Position numbers and translations under genes: made by a program. Positions 1 through 11,585 of a stretch of DNA of 64,000 nt are shown here, in pieces; the stretch's first letter is position 1; each line of letters starts with the position of its first letter. The notes below the pieces were generated by a model. That model searched no databases. It was not told where the DNA came from and saw nothing but the letters and a program-made list of their open reading frames with translations. This DNA is from Candidatus Krumholzibacteriota bacterium (GTDB taxonomy: Bacteria > Krumholzibacteriota > Krumholzibacteriia > JAJRXK01): the NCBI GenBank assembly GCA_963727455.1, contig CAVSGG010000008.1, forward strand, positions 320,001-384,000. Direction: 5' to 3'.

Positions 1-267
1 AAAGCGCGCGCGATGCAGCCCGTTGGGTCCCGGCTGCGCCACCACGTAGAAGGCGATCGTAGGGAGCCCGTATTGTTGGATGATGCCAGTGGGTTCAGGA
101 GGCTCAAAGAGCCCCTGGGGACTGGTGAAGATCCCGATCTCTCCCGGGCGCAGGGGCACGGCGGTATCTGCGCTTGCCGGGCTAACGAGTGCGAGGGGGA
201 CCAGAGATCCTAAAAAGAAAAATCCGAAGGCGAGAACCAAGAGGGAAACGCGGGTTCGCATTGGCAC
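1..267 (-). CDS. 5' part of a secreted protein, paralog of the 531..2472 gene (runs off window start)
   Basis: GTG start at 267 with GAGGAG upstream. The open frame reads MPMRTRVSLLVLAFGFFF...EPTGIIQQYGLPTIAFYVVAQPGPNGLHRARF, matching the N-terminus of ORF 865..2472. Confidence 0.8.
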   Translation of the reverse strand, partial: MPMRTRVSLLVLAFGFFFLGSLVPLALVSPASADTAVPLRPGEIGIFTSPQGLFEPPEPTGIIQQYGLPTIAFYVVAQPGPNGLHRARF

Positions 268-291
268 ATACTCCTCGATCCAGGAGCCACG
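89..291. repeat. 203-bp direct repeat, copy 1 (copy 2 at 2294..2496)
   Basis: Identical to 2294..2496 except C267 versus T2472 (GTG versus ATG start codon). Confidence 0.95.
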
Positions 292-530
292 TCGATCCTA
301 CTCCCTGTAGCGCAGGAAACGCAAGTGTGGACCGGGAATTCACGGCCGCGCTTGGACTCGAAGACATCGCGCTTCAGAACATCGCGATGGTGGGGGATGA
401 CGTGCCCGGACTTCTGGGGTTGCGCTGAGAAACGCCGTCTTCTACTGGGGTCATCTCACCAGTGCAGCTGGCGGAAGCTACTGCACCAGCACGACCGCTG
501 GAGCTTAGTGCCCCAGCACCTCGGCGGAGG

Positions 531-2472
531 CTACTTTACCAGCACCGCAGCGCGAGTTTGGGTCCCGCCGGCCGTCGACAGCAACACCCGGTACACCCCG
601 CTGGCGAGTCTCGCGCCGTTCTCATCCCTGCCGTCCCAGCGCAGTTCGTGTGGCCCCGCCGTGAGCTGGCCCTCGAAGAGGCGCTTCAGCATCCGCCCGC
701 GCGCGTCGTAGATCTCCACCTCGACATGTCCCGCTTGCGCCAGTTCGAAGGAAACCGTGGTGCGCGGATTGAAGGGATTCGGGTGCAGCGGATGCAGCAG
801 CGTGACCCGCTTTGCCGGCGCCGAGGTCGCAACGCAGCTGCCGCGCGGGATTCCCCGGCCCGTCTCATCGAAGGCGCGCACGGAGCTCAGCGCGTACGCT
901 TCCTCCCCACTGCTCACGAAGAAGCCGGGGTCGATGTGCACGGTTCCCGTGCTGGCCGCCGCCCACGCGATGTGCAAGAGGCCTGGCTCCTTCAGTGACC
1001 AACTGAGCTTTCCGTGATCCGCGCTCACGAAGGCCACGTCCTGGTGGGTAGGATCGAAACTGAGTTCCAGCTCGGCCCCGGCCGCGCCCTCGATCACGAT
1101 CGAATCGTAGTCGTCCAGAGGATCCGGGTACGCGCAGGCCTCGGTTCCGGTCGCGCCCGCAGTGAGGCCCGCGAATCATGCGGTTGAAGAGCACTCCATC
1201 GCCGGCATCGGCTTCCCCGTTCTCGTTCAGATCGGCCCGGCAATGCGTCATGTCGTCGGCCTCAAGGCTGCCGCTGGCCAGCGCCAGGGCCGCATCGCGG
1301 TCGATCTCATCGACGACATCGTCGTCATAGACGTCTCCCTTTTCGCAGCCGATGCGAATCCAGGCAGGGCCTTCCCTGGGGAGCAAGCTGCCGTCCCAGA
1401 ACACATCATTATCCGTTTCGAAATCAGTTCTGGGAGAAAAAACCGCCGGGGAGTTTCCCAGACGATAGTCCACCTCGAAGACCCAAGTATCGAAGTGCAT
1501 TCCCTCCTCTCCGCTGATGAGCAGTTCGAGGTAGCCCGGGTCGTTTTGCACGACACTCAGCTGCATACCATTGGCCTCGGCTGGTAGGCTGAGACGGACG
1601 GATTCCACCGTGGCCAGATTGCTGTCCCAGTCGAGATAGGCGCGCAACGAATCGTAAGGGAGGCAGTACTGCAAATCCCCGCTTCGTGCGCAGTATTCCT
1701 CGTTGAAATCGTTCAGCCGATCGCGCGAGATGCCAAAGTTCTTGCGATCCGATCCACAGCTTTCGCCCCACGCGTGCGCAGAAAAGGGAACGGTCAACAG
1801 CCCTCCCGGATCGGCGCCATGATCGGTGGAGAGCAAGGAGAACTTAGCCACGCCAACGAGGGTGTAACAGTCGAAATCGTTCGTTCGTTGTGCCCGCCGA
1901 CGATCGTAGGGCAGGTTCCAGGCGGCCGGAAGCAGCGGGGCGTCACCGCAGCTCTGGGTCTGCACGTAATCGCCGTCGTAGGCAAGCAGTATCAGGTCAT
2001 CGTAGAATTGCAGATTGTTGGCCAAGAACACGGTCAACAGCAGCACCGGCTCGTCGCCCTCGAGGCAGCCCTCGGTGTCCACGAGATCGAAATATCCCTC
2101 CTCGGCCCGTCCACCGACCTCTTCGATTCCCGGCGCAGTCTGGATCTGTACTGGAATGGGCCCATCTAGAAAAAGGGGCGAGTAGGATTCGGTATACAAG
2201 TTTTCGACGCGAAAGCGAGCCCGGTGGAGCCCATTCGGTCCCGGGCGTACTACCACGTAGAATGCAAGCGTATACAAGCCACGGAATATCCCGGTGGGTT
2301 CAGGAGGCTCAAAGAGCCCCTGGGGACTGGTGAAGATCCCGATCTCTCCCGGGCGCAGGGGCACGGCGGTATCTGCGCTTGCCGGGCTAACGAGTGCGAG
2401 GGGGACCAGAGATCCTAAAAAGAAAAATCCGAAGGCGAGAACCAAGAGGGAAACGCGGGTTCGCATTGGCAT
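531..2472 (-). pseudogene. Frameshifted secreted protein: signal peptide, cohesin-like, dockerin-like and C-terminal FlgD-Ig/PNPFN domain (~646 aa if repaired)
   Basis: ORF 865..2472 has a signal peptide and twin EF-hand-like dockerin motifs (GDVYDDDVVDEID, ADLNENGEADAGD), then turns to junk. ORF 531..1097 carries HPNPFNPRTTVSF...WDGRDENG..LASGVY. Removing one base at CCC 1168-1170 fuses them. Could be an assembly error. Confidence 0.75.
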
Positions 2473-2496
2473 ATACTCCTCGATCCAGGAGCCACG
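2294..2496. repeat. 203-bp direct repeat, copy 2
   Basis: Covers the RBS, signal peptide and first ~60 codons; matches 89..291. Confidence 0.95.
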
Positions 2497-2537
2497 AGGA
2501 GCTTAGCACTTCGCGAACCCGCTTGGCAAACCCTGCC

Positions 2538-4076
2538 TCAATGGATCTTCACGATCTTGGCCGCTTCCGAACCCACGCTACCGCTCGCGCGCAGGAGATA
2601 CATCCCGGAAGCGACGGACTCTCCGCGGTCATCGCGTCCGTCCCAGGTGACGAAGTCCCGGCCCGCCGGCACCGTGACCGTACGCACCGCGCGTCCTGCA
2701 AGATCGAAGAGCTGGAGCTGAACACTGCGATCCATCGCACGGCTGAGACGCAGTTGCGTGCTCTCCCCCATCACGTTGGGCTGCGCCCAGACGCGCAGGG
2801 CGGGATCTCCGGTCCAATGACCGACTCCGGTCGCAGACGCGTAGTCGTACGACGAAGTATTGAGTTGAATGGTAGCGAGCGTAGCGGAGGCCTGCTGTGC
2901 GATCTCCTCCGTCTTACCCGGGGGGTTGTCCACGTCGAAGAAGACGTCGAAACTGACCACGCCCGGCTCCACCGGTGGCAACGCAATGTGGGAAAAGCTC
3001 AATCCCGATCCCTCCGGTACGTCGAAAACGAGCCAATGGTCGGTCCGATAGGGCACCATTCCGCTACCGTCCATCGAGTACGAGCGGAACATCACGCTAA
3101 AGCCCATGCCCATGATTTGATCTGGTGGAAGCATGAGCGACGGATCTCGAGCAATGGTCGGCATGAGGTCTCCTGCCGCTTGTACTTCGACCCGCAACAC
3201 GATGCTACGGTAATGCGTCGCAGCCTGCTTGGGGGAATAGGTGTCGACGACCACGATGCCTACCTGCTCGCCCGGCATGCCAATGCCACCGCCGGAATCG
3301 CTGGCCATCAACTCTGTAGCCGGCGGATCCCCGGCGTTGGTGACGCTTTGCAGCGACAGAGCTACAATCTCCGTCTGAACCGTCGCACCCGTGGCATTCA
3401 TGCTACTCATGGTGATGTGCAGAGCCCCCGTCGGATACGGCGGGCCAACGATCGTCCCGTCCGTGACGTCCGCGCCAGCAGCGCTGGCTGGCAGCTCCCA
3501 GGCGCGAAAGTCCGCAATGTGGTAGTCGCCGAAGTCGGGTACCACGAGGCTGAGGCGAATGAACTCGACGTGCGTCAGGTCCGCGGTGGAATAGTCGGAA
3601 AACGGAAAGAAATAGACACCTGATCCCGTGATCGATTGCGTGGTGCTTTCCTCGATCCCGGTGTCGTCGCGCACAAGCACTTCGAGCTGGCCGGCCGCCA
3701 CCGCGATCGGCATGTCCACCCGGAAGGAATTGAGCACCCCTCCGTAGCTCAGATCCACCAGGGTCGGGTCATAATCGAATTCGAGACGTCCTCCACCGTT
3801 CCCCCACACCGTGGTCACCTGATTGTCGACATTCACGAGAGCGAGATCTGCTCCACTGAGACTCCCGTTGATGTACATGCGTTCCACGCGAGCCAGCGAA
3901 ATACAGTGTCCCGGAAGCAGACCCGTCTGGATCGAGCTGTCGAAGGTGTTCCCGCCCAGGGAAAACGCACCTTGCTCGAAGTCGTCGATCACCTGAGCCG
4001 ATGCGAAGCTTGCAAGCACGCACGGCAGCAGGGCAGACATTGTTAACGTCCGCAAGATATTCTGAGCAATCCTCAT
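2538..4076 (-). CDS. Secreted protein with C-terminal FlgD-Ig-like domain
   Basis: Signal peptide (..SFASA-Q); C-terminus FDLAGRAVR..WDGRDDRGESVASGMY; GAAGGGG RBS. Confidence 0.85.
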   Translation of the reverse strand: MRIAQNILRTLTMSALLPCVLASFASAQVIDDFEQGAFSLGGNTFDSSIQTGLLPGHCISLARVERMYINGSLSGADLALVNVDNQVTTVWGNGGGRLEFDYDPTLVDLSYGGVLNSFRVDMPIAVAAGQLEVLVRDDTGIEESTTQSITGSGVYFFPFSDYSTADLTHVEFIRLSLVVPDFGDYHIADFRAWELPASAAGADVTDGTIVGPPYPTGALHITMSSMNATGATVQTEIVALSLQSVTNAGDPPATELMASDSGGGIGMPGEQVGIVVVDTYSPKQAATHYRSIVLRVEVQAAGDLMPTIARDPSLMLPPDQIMGMGFSVMFRSYSMDGSGMVPYRTDHWLVFDVPEGSGLSFSHIALPPVEPGVVSFDVFFDVDNPPGKTEEIAQQASATLATIQLNTSSYDYASATGVGHWTGDPALRVWAQPNVMGESTQLRLSRAMDRSVQLQLFDLAGRAVRTVTVPAGRDFVTWDGRDDRGESVASGMYLLRASGSVGSEAAKIVKIH

Positions 4077-4350
4077 GATGAGTCCCCTTCGAATGGGCTT
4101 CGTTGCGTACGTAGCCCGTGATCTGCAGAGGGCATCGAGAGGTCACTACTGGGGGAACTCTGAGCGCTATCTAAGGGGGTCGATCGGTGAAGCACAAAGC
4201 ATAGACACGCCTGTGCCCGAAAACATGGGACCTCTCCATCCCCGAAGCGCCAGAAACGGCCCGCCGCAACGAGGGCGCGATGGCGGCGGAGGGGGACCCG
4301 AGGTTTTGGCGTGGATCCATCCTGGCACAAATTCGATTGCCGTTGCCAGG

Positions 4351-4384
4351 AGAAAATCAAAGGAGGTTCGCCTGGCGAACCTCC
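4351..4384 (-). terminator. Intrinsic terminator after nrdJ
   Basis: Inverted repeat GGAGGTTCGCC-T-GGCGAACCTCC (4362-4384) followed by TTTGATTTT on the minus strand. Confidence 0.7.
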
Positions 4385-4449
4385 CTGGGTGAATTCGAAG
4401 CAAGGAAGTCGGACTTTAGAGCCTAGCTAGTGAAGATCAAGACCTTCGC

Positions 4450-7347
<2,898 letters not shown>

Positions 7348-7483
7348 AACCTCATCCTCTCCTCATCCATGAGTTGACTTATTCTTTTTTTGCGACGGAA
7401 TCCCTAGGGGATGCCGGCGGTGTTCCGGACTGGGGCAAGGGCCTAAGACCCTGGAAATTCTCAAGTTGCGTTGATGGGCGCCA

Positions 7484-7531
7484 ACACAAGATCTAGTGCC
7501 CTGAGGCGCAACGTACCACAAGACCTTGGGT
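7484..7531. promoter_or_regulatory. Tandem NrdR boxes upstream of nrdJ
   Basis: CACAAGATCTAGTG (7485-7498) and CACAAGACCTTGGG (7517-7530), 32 bp apart, resembling the acaCwAtATaTwGtg consensus. Confidence 0.8.
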
Positions 7532-7570
7532 CGTCAACGGCAAAAATGGGATCGAGGAAATTGGGCGATT

Positions 7571-8014
7571 TCAGGCCTGTTTTGGCATCTGGACGAGCTC
7601 GGTGAGGACTTCCAAGACCACCCCGCGAACATCTTCACGCGTTAAGTTGAAGATTTTCATGCGTTCTTCACGGGTGCCCTCGGCCCCGGCCGGGTCAAGC
7701 ACCGGATGATGGTCCAGGCGCAGGTCCGGATGACGCCGGTGCAACTGGCCAAAGGCCTGGTCGCTGAGGGTGACGATGCGGTCGAAGGAGTTGAGGTCCA
7801 GCTGCGCCACCGTCTTGCTGTGTTGGCCGGAGATGTCGATGCCCACTTCGGCCATGGAGGCCACCGTGTCGGAAAAGAGTCCGGCTGCCATCAGGCCCGC
7901 ACTCTCCACTTCCAGTCCGGGAAAGGCCAGCGCGCGCGCGAAGCCCTCGGCCATCTGGCTTCGACAAGCATTCGCGTAGCAGACAAAGAGGAGGCGTTTG
8001 CGAGGAGGTAGCAT
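7571..8014 (-). CDS. LMW-PTP/ArsC family protein
   Basis: P-loop FVCYANACRSQMAEG, EVGIDISGQHSK, LDP; likely start ATG at 8014 within ORF 7571..8575. Confidence 0.85.
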   Translation of the reverse strand: MLPPRKRLLFVCYANACRSQMAEGFARALAFPGLEVESAGLMAAGLFSDTVASMAEVGIDISGQHSKTVAQLDLNSFDRIVTLSDQAFGQLHRRHPDLRLDHHPVLDPAGAEGTREERMKIFNLTREDVRGVVLEVLTELVQMPKQA

Positions 8015-8078
8015 GGATCCTTGAAACTCCGCGAGTCTGCAGCTCAGATTTCGGAAGCGAGTTCGACCAAGCCCAAGC

Positions 8079-10610
8079 TCAGAACTCGGGACCGAGCTGC
8101 ACGAAGATAGTGCCAACGCGCCGTTCAGCCACCGCCCAGCACACGCGAAACGGTCCCAGCGGAGTCTTCCACGAGAGATTGGTCCCCACTCCCGCGAGAG
8201 GCGCGGCATGACGGAGGGTCTCCTCGTCCCGCCAGCCGATGGCCGCGGTGACGCCGAAACGCAAGGTCGCCGCCAGCTGCCAACCCAATCCCCCGCGCAG
8301 CCAGAGAAGCCGCGATGCGAGGATTTCTTCGCGCCGCAGACCGATCCAGCCAAGAGGTCCGCCGGCGCGTCCCCGCAGGGCGACGGGAAGCCGGGGCGAT
8401 CCCTGCACGAAACCCAGTGCAGCCGAGAGGCACAGCCTTCCCGGTCCCTTGGCTTGTGCGACCGCGCCGCCTTCCAGACGCCAAAATCCCAGGTCTCCCC
8501 AACCGGGTACCCCCCGCAGGTAGCGTATGCGGAACCCGAGTTCGTGGGAGTGAACCAGGCCCAAGTTGGCACCACTTTGCAGCTCGGCCGTGATTCCGCT
8601 CAGAGTTTGCGGTCCTGCGGCCTCGTTGAGGCTGAGCCGACTTTCTCGATAGCTCGAGAGCCGGCTCGTCTGGAATCCTACATGCAATCCGAGACCAGGA
8701 TGACGCACCCGGAATCCCAATTGCAGGCCTATCCCCTGCTCTTGGATCACGAGTCGATCTACACGCGAGCCGCGTTCATAGAGCCAGGGCCGGTCTCGCG
8801 ACCAATCCAAGTGCGTCGTGAGCGAGAAATGGCCTCCGGGCGGAATGCCTTGCTGCAGACGGAACTCCAAAGCCGCCTTTCGTTCACTGTAGCGAGAGCT
8901 GAGAGCGGCCTCGCCGCCTCCCAGCGGCAGACGCGCCTGATGGAGCCGGGCCAAGAGGGCGGCGTCATCGTCGGTGATCACGTGGCCCGCGAGTTCCAGT
9001 CGGGCTTGGTGGCGAAGTTCCAGGTGGGGCCGCAGCCGCACCGGGGTGGGCGGGCCGTTCCTGGCGCTGGAAGGCGCGCTGCCGCGCGGTGCGCTGGCGG
9101 AAGCGTCGTCCCCGAGGTGCTCGACTTCGATCCAGGCGCTCTCAACGGCTGGCATGCGCTCGAGGGCATTGAAACGCCGGTAGACTTCCCGCAGGGGGAA
9201 TTCCTCGCCCAGCTCGAAGCCCAGACGGCGGTGCAGCTCGGCCGCGCTCATGCCATCGCCGTCTTCGAGCTCCAGTTTTCCGACCTCAACCTCCGGTTTC
9301 GTTTCGGCAGTGCTTGGGTGCGGCCTGACTCGCGGAGTGGTACCGGGAGATTGGGGGGCGGCAGCTTGCCTCGGCTCAGTCTGCAGACTGCGCAGACTGT
9401 CCCTGCGCTTCGAGGCGAACTCGTAGCCGATGCGGACGATTTCCTCGATCCCGGCAAAGTTCAGACTCCTGTATTTCTGCAGCGGGATGTGCAGAACGAG
9501 CTCCCCCGAATTCGGCTCCACCAGGTTGCTGGGGTACTCCTGCAGCTCCATCGTGCGAATCCACATTTGGTAAAGATCTTCCGGGCTCTGCCGGCCGGGC
9601 AACTGTGTGTTGCTGACGTCGACCACGAGAGAGCGGCGAAATCCCAGGGCGCGCGCGATCTCCAGAGGGTTGTTGAGCCTGAATCCCCCGTCGACGAGTT
9701 CGTGTCCCCTGATGTCGACCGGTGGTAAGAGCAACGGAATCGTGCCGCTGGCCTGCACGGCGCGCGCCAGTGAGCCACTGCGCAGGACCACGATCTGCGC
9801 GGTATTCAGGTCCACCGCCACCGCGCGGAAGGGGGTGGGAAGCCGGTCGAAATCACTCTTGGCATCCAGGAGAGCGCCCGCGCTGAGCGAGCCGATGAGT
9901 TGGGTGATCTTGCGCCCCCCCGAGAGGTTCCGTGGGGGAAGCGGTGGAAGGCGATCCAGTAGGAGACTGAGCTGCGCTTCGGGCAACTCGCGCCACCCTC
10001 CCTGAAGTTGCGCAGGAGCGAGCCGGGCGTCACTGAACAGCGAAAACCAGTCCTGCGAACGCACCATTTCCCGGAGTTGGTCGGCCGTGTACCCACAGGC
10101 GTAGAGCGCACCCAGTACCGCTCCCATGCTGCAGCCCACGATGAGTCCTGGACGCAGGCCCTCCTCCTCCAGCACCTGTAGAACGCCAATCTCGGCGAAG
10201 CCGCGGGCTCCTCCCCCGCCCAAGACGAGCGCAAAGGAGCTCGTGTCCGCCCGCGTCCAGTCGTGCATGGCCTCGAGTTCCACTCGGGCGGAAGCTGGCT
10301 CCGGAGCGCACAAGAGCTGGGGCGGTTTGGGCTCGGAGTGCGCGCTGGATGGGGACGATGCGCTCCGCGCGGCTAGCAAAGAAGTCGGCAACGGCGCGCC
10401 CGGTGAGGCGAGCGAAGCCGACTGCATCGGCGCGCTCTGTGCGGCAGACGCTGAAAGGGAAATTGCCGCGGCGTGCGCGAAAGTGGAAATTACCGCGCTG
10501 AGCGTGAAAAGGAAAATTGCCCCGGCGAGCACGAAGGACAGTAAGTTCCAAGCGCGCGAGCGATTTTCCGCTCTATCGCCACTGCTCGAATCGCGAACTC
10601 GCTTGGGCAT
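8079..10610 (-). CDS. Patatin-like phospholipase with POTRA-like and beta-barrel domains (PlpD/type Vd-like)
   Basis: GGGGARG, GCSMG, DGG patatin motifs; C-terminal TPLGP...LGPEF barrel signature; N-terminal hydrophobic segment. Confidence 0.85.
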   Translation of the reverse strand: MPKRVRDSSSGDRAENRSRAWNLLSFVLAGAIFLFTLSAVISTFAHAAAISLSASAAQSAPMQSASLASPGAPLPTSLLAARSASSPSSAHSEPKPPQLLCAPEPASARVELEAMHDWTRADTSSFALVLGGGGARGFAEIGVLQVLEEEGLRPGLIVGCSMGAVLGALYACGYTADQLREMVRSQDWFSLFSDARLAPAQLQGGWRELPEAQLSLLLDRLPPLPPRNLSGGRKITQLIGSLSAGALLDAKSDFDRLPTPFRAVAVDLNTAQIVVLRSGSLARAVQASGTIPLLLPPVDIRGHELVDGGFRLNNPLEIARALGFRRSLVVDVSNTQLPGRQSPEDLYQMWIRTMELQEYPSNLVEPNSGELVLHIPLQKYRSLNFAGIEEIVRIGYEFASKRRDSLRSLQTEPRQAAAPQSPGTTPRVRPHPSTAETKPEVEVGKLELEDGDGMSAAELHRRLGFELGEEFPLREVYRRFNALERMPAVESAWIEVEHLGDDASASAPRGSAPSSARNGPPTPVRLRPHLELRHQARLELAGHVITDDDAALLARLHQARLPLGGGEAALSSRYSERKAALEFRLQQGIPPGGHFSLTTHLDWSRDRPWLYERGSRVDRLVIQEQGIGLQLGFRVRHPGLGLHVGFQTSRLSSYRESRLSLNEAAGPQTLSGITAELQSGANLGLVHSHELGFRIRYLRGVPGWGDLGFWRLEGGAVAQAKGPGRLCLSAALGFVQGSPRLPVALRGRAGGPLGWIGLRREEILASRLLWLRGGLGWQLAATLRFGVTAAIGWRDEETLRHAAPLAGVGTNLSWKTPLGPFRVCWAVAERRVGTIFVQLGPEF

Positions 10611-10618
10611 TCTCTGCC

Positions 10619-11458
10619 TTAGGCCGGTCCTTGCCGTAGCAGGCGCTCGAGCCGGCGGCGGATTTGCTCGGCGTCACTCGCCTCGGGCCGCATGGTGAGA
10701 TAGTCCTCCAAGTCGGCGATGGCGGCCATGCGGAGACCGCTCAGGCCGTAGAGGATTCCCCGATCCCGTCTCTCCTCGGCCGACTCGGGATGCAACAAGA
10801 CGATGCGCTCCACCACCGAGAGTGTGCGCGAAACGTCGCGACGGCGCGCGTAGAGCAGCTTCAAGTTGGAGAGCAGACGCACGAGAATGCGCCGCGAACT
10901 CATGCGCCGCAGATGTTGCTCCTCCAAGATCACTTCTTTGGAGCGCGCCCGCTGGCTGAGCCTTCCCTGCAGCTCTCCACGCAGAAGCACGCGCCCCTTG
11001 TGGAAAGGATCGAAATACAGACTTCCGCCGTCCGGATGGTCGTGCGCCAGCAGAAAATGACCGGGAAAGTCGACACCCTCGAGAACCACGCCCGTCGCGC
11101 GCCGCAGAACTTCCATGGTCAGAATCCCCAAGCTGATGGGAATACCCTTCCGGCGCGACAGCACCTTGTTCAGCATGGAATTGTCCGGGTCATCGTAGTG
11201 AGAGGCGTTGCCCGAAAAGCCCAACTCGACGAAGAGGAGTTGCTTGAGCGCGTAGGCGATGTTGTGAAAACCCGAGCCAGCGTCGACGTGACACGCGAGT
11301 TTGTCCGCGATGCGCTCGACTTGATCGACGCATTCCTCGACGGAGAATTCCGGATACTCCTCTTGCGCGATGAGAAGCGAAACTACGAGGAGATCGATTT
11401 CCGCATCGTCACTCTTCACCAGGGCGGTGAAGCGCTCCCGCGCGTGACTCTTGTACAT
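10619..11458 (-). CDS. SirB1/YchA-like transglutaminase-like plus TPR protein
   Basis: GFSGNASHYDDPDNSML..RRKGIPISL, DFPGHFL, DPF, ERRDRG TPR end. Confidence 0.85.
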   Translation of the reverse strand: MYKSHARERFTALVKSDDAEIDLLVVSLLIAQEEYPEFSVEECVDQVERIADKLACHVDAGSGFHNIAYALKQLLFVELGFSGNASHYDDPDNSMLNKVLSRRKGIPISLGILTMEVLRRATGVVLEGVDFPGHFLLAHDHPDGGSLYFDPFHKGRVLLRGELQGRLSQRARSKEVILEEQHLRRMSSRRILVRLLSNLKLLYARRRDVSRTLSVVERIVLLHPESAEERRDRGILYGLSGLRMAAIADLEDYLTMRPEASDAEQIRRRLERLLRQGPA

Positions 11459-11549
11459 GATGACCTCACGGCTCGGGGTCCTCAATCAATCATATACTGC
11501 CCACGGCCCCCTGACGACCCCGAGTTGGACCAAAAGGCGGAAGGGGTGC

Positions 11550-11578
11550 TTGCCGCCTCCGCAAACCCCCTCTAGGAT
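11550..11578 (+). promoter_or_regulatory. Sigma70-type promoter for a probable leaderless transcript
   Basis: TTGCCG-17-TAGGAT, then 7 nt to ATG 11586; no SD. Confidence 0.6.
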
Positions 11579-11585
11579 TGCGACT

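Noticed and set aside
2394-3623. Long opposite-strand ORFs (also 8208..9728, 16603..17928, 23864..25735, 40549..41766, 49923..51260)
   Set aside because: Antisense shadows of well-supported genes in GC-rich DNA; Arg-rich and without motifs.
7348-7570. Cobalamin riboswitch upstream of the B12-dependent RNR
   Set aside because: No B12-box or other conserved riboswitch elements visible; NrdR boxes explain the region.
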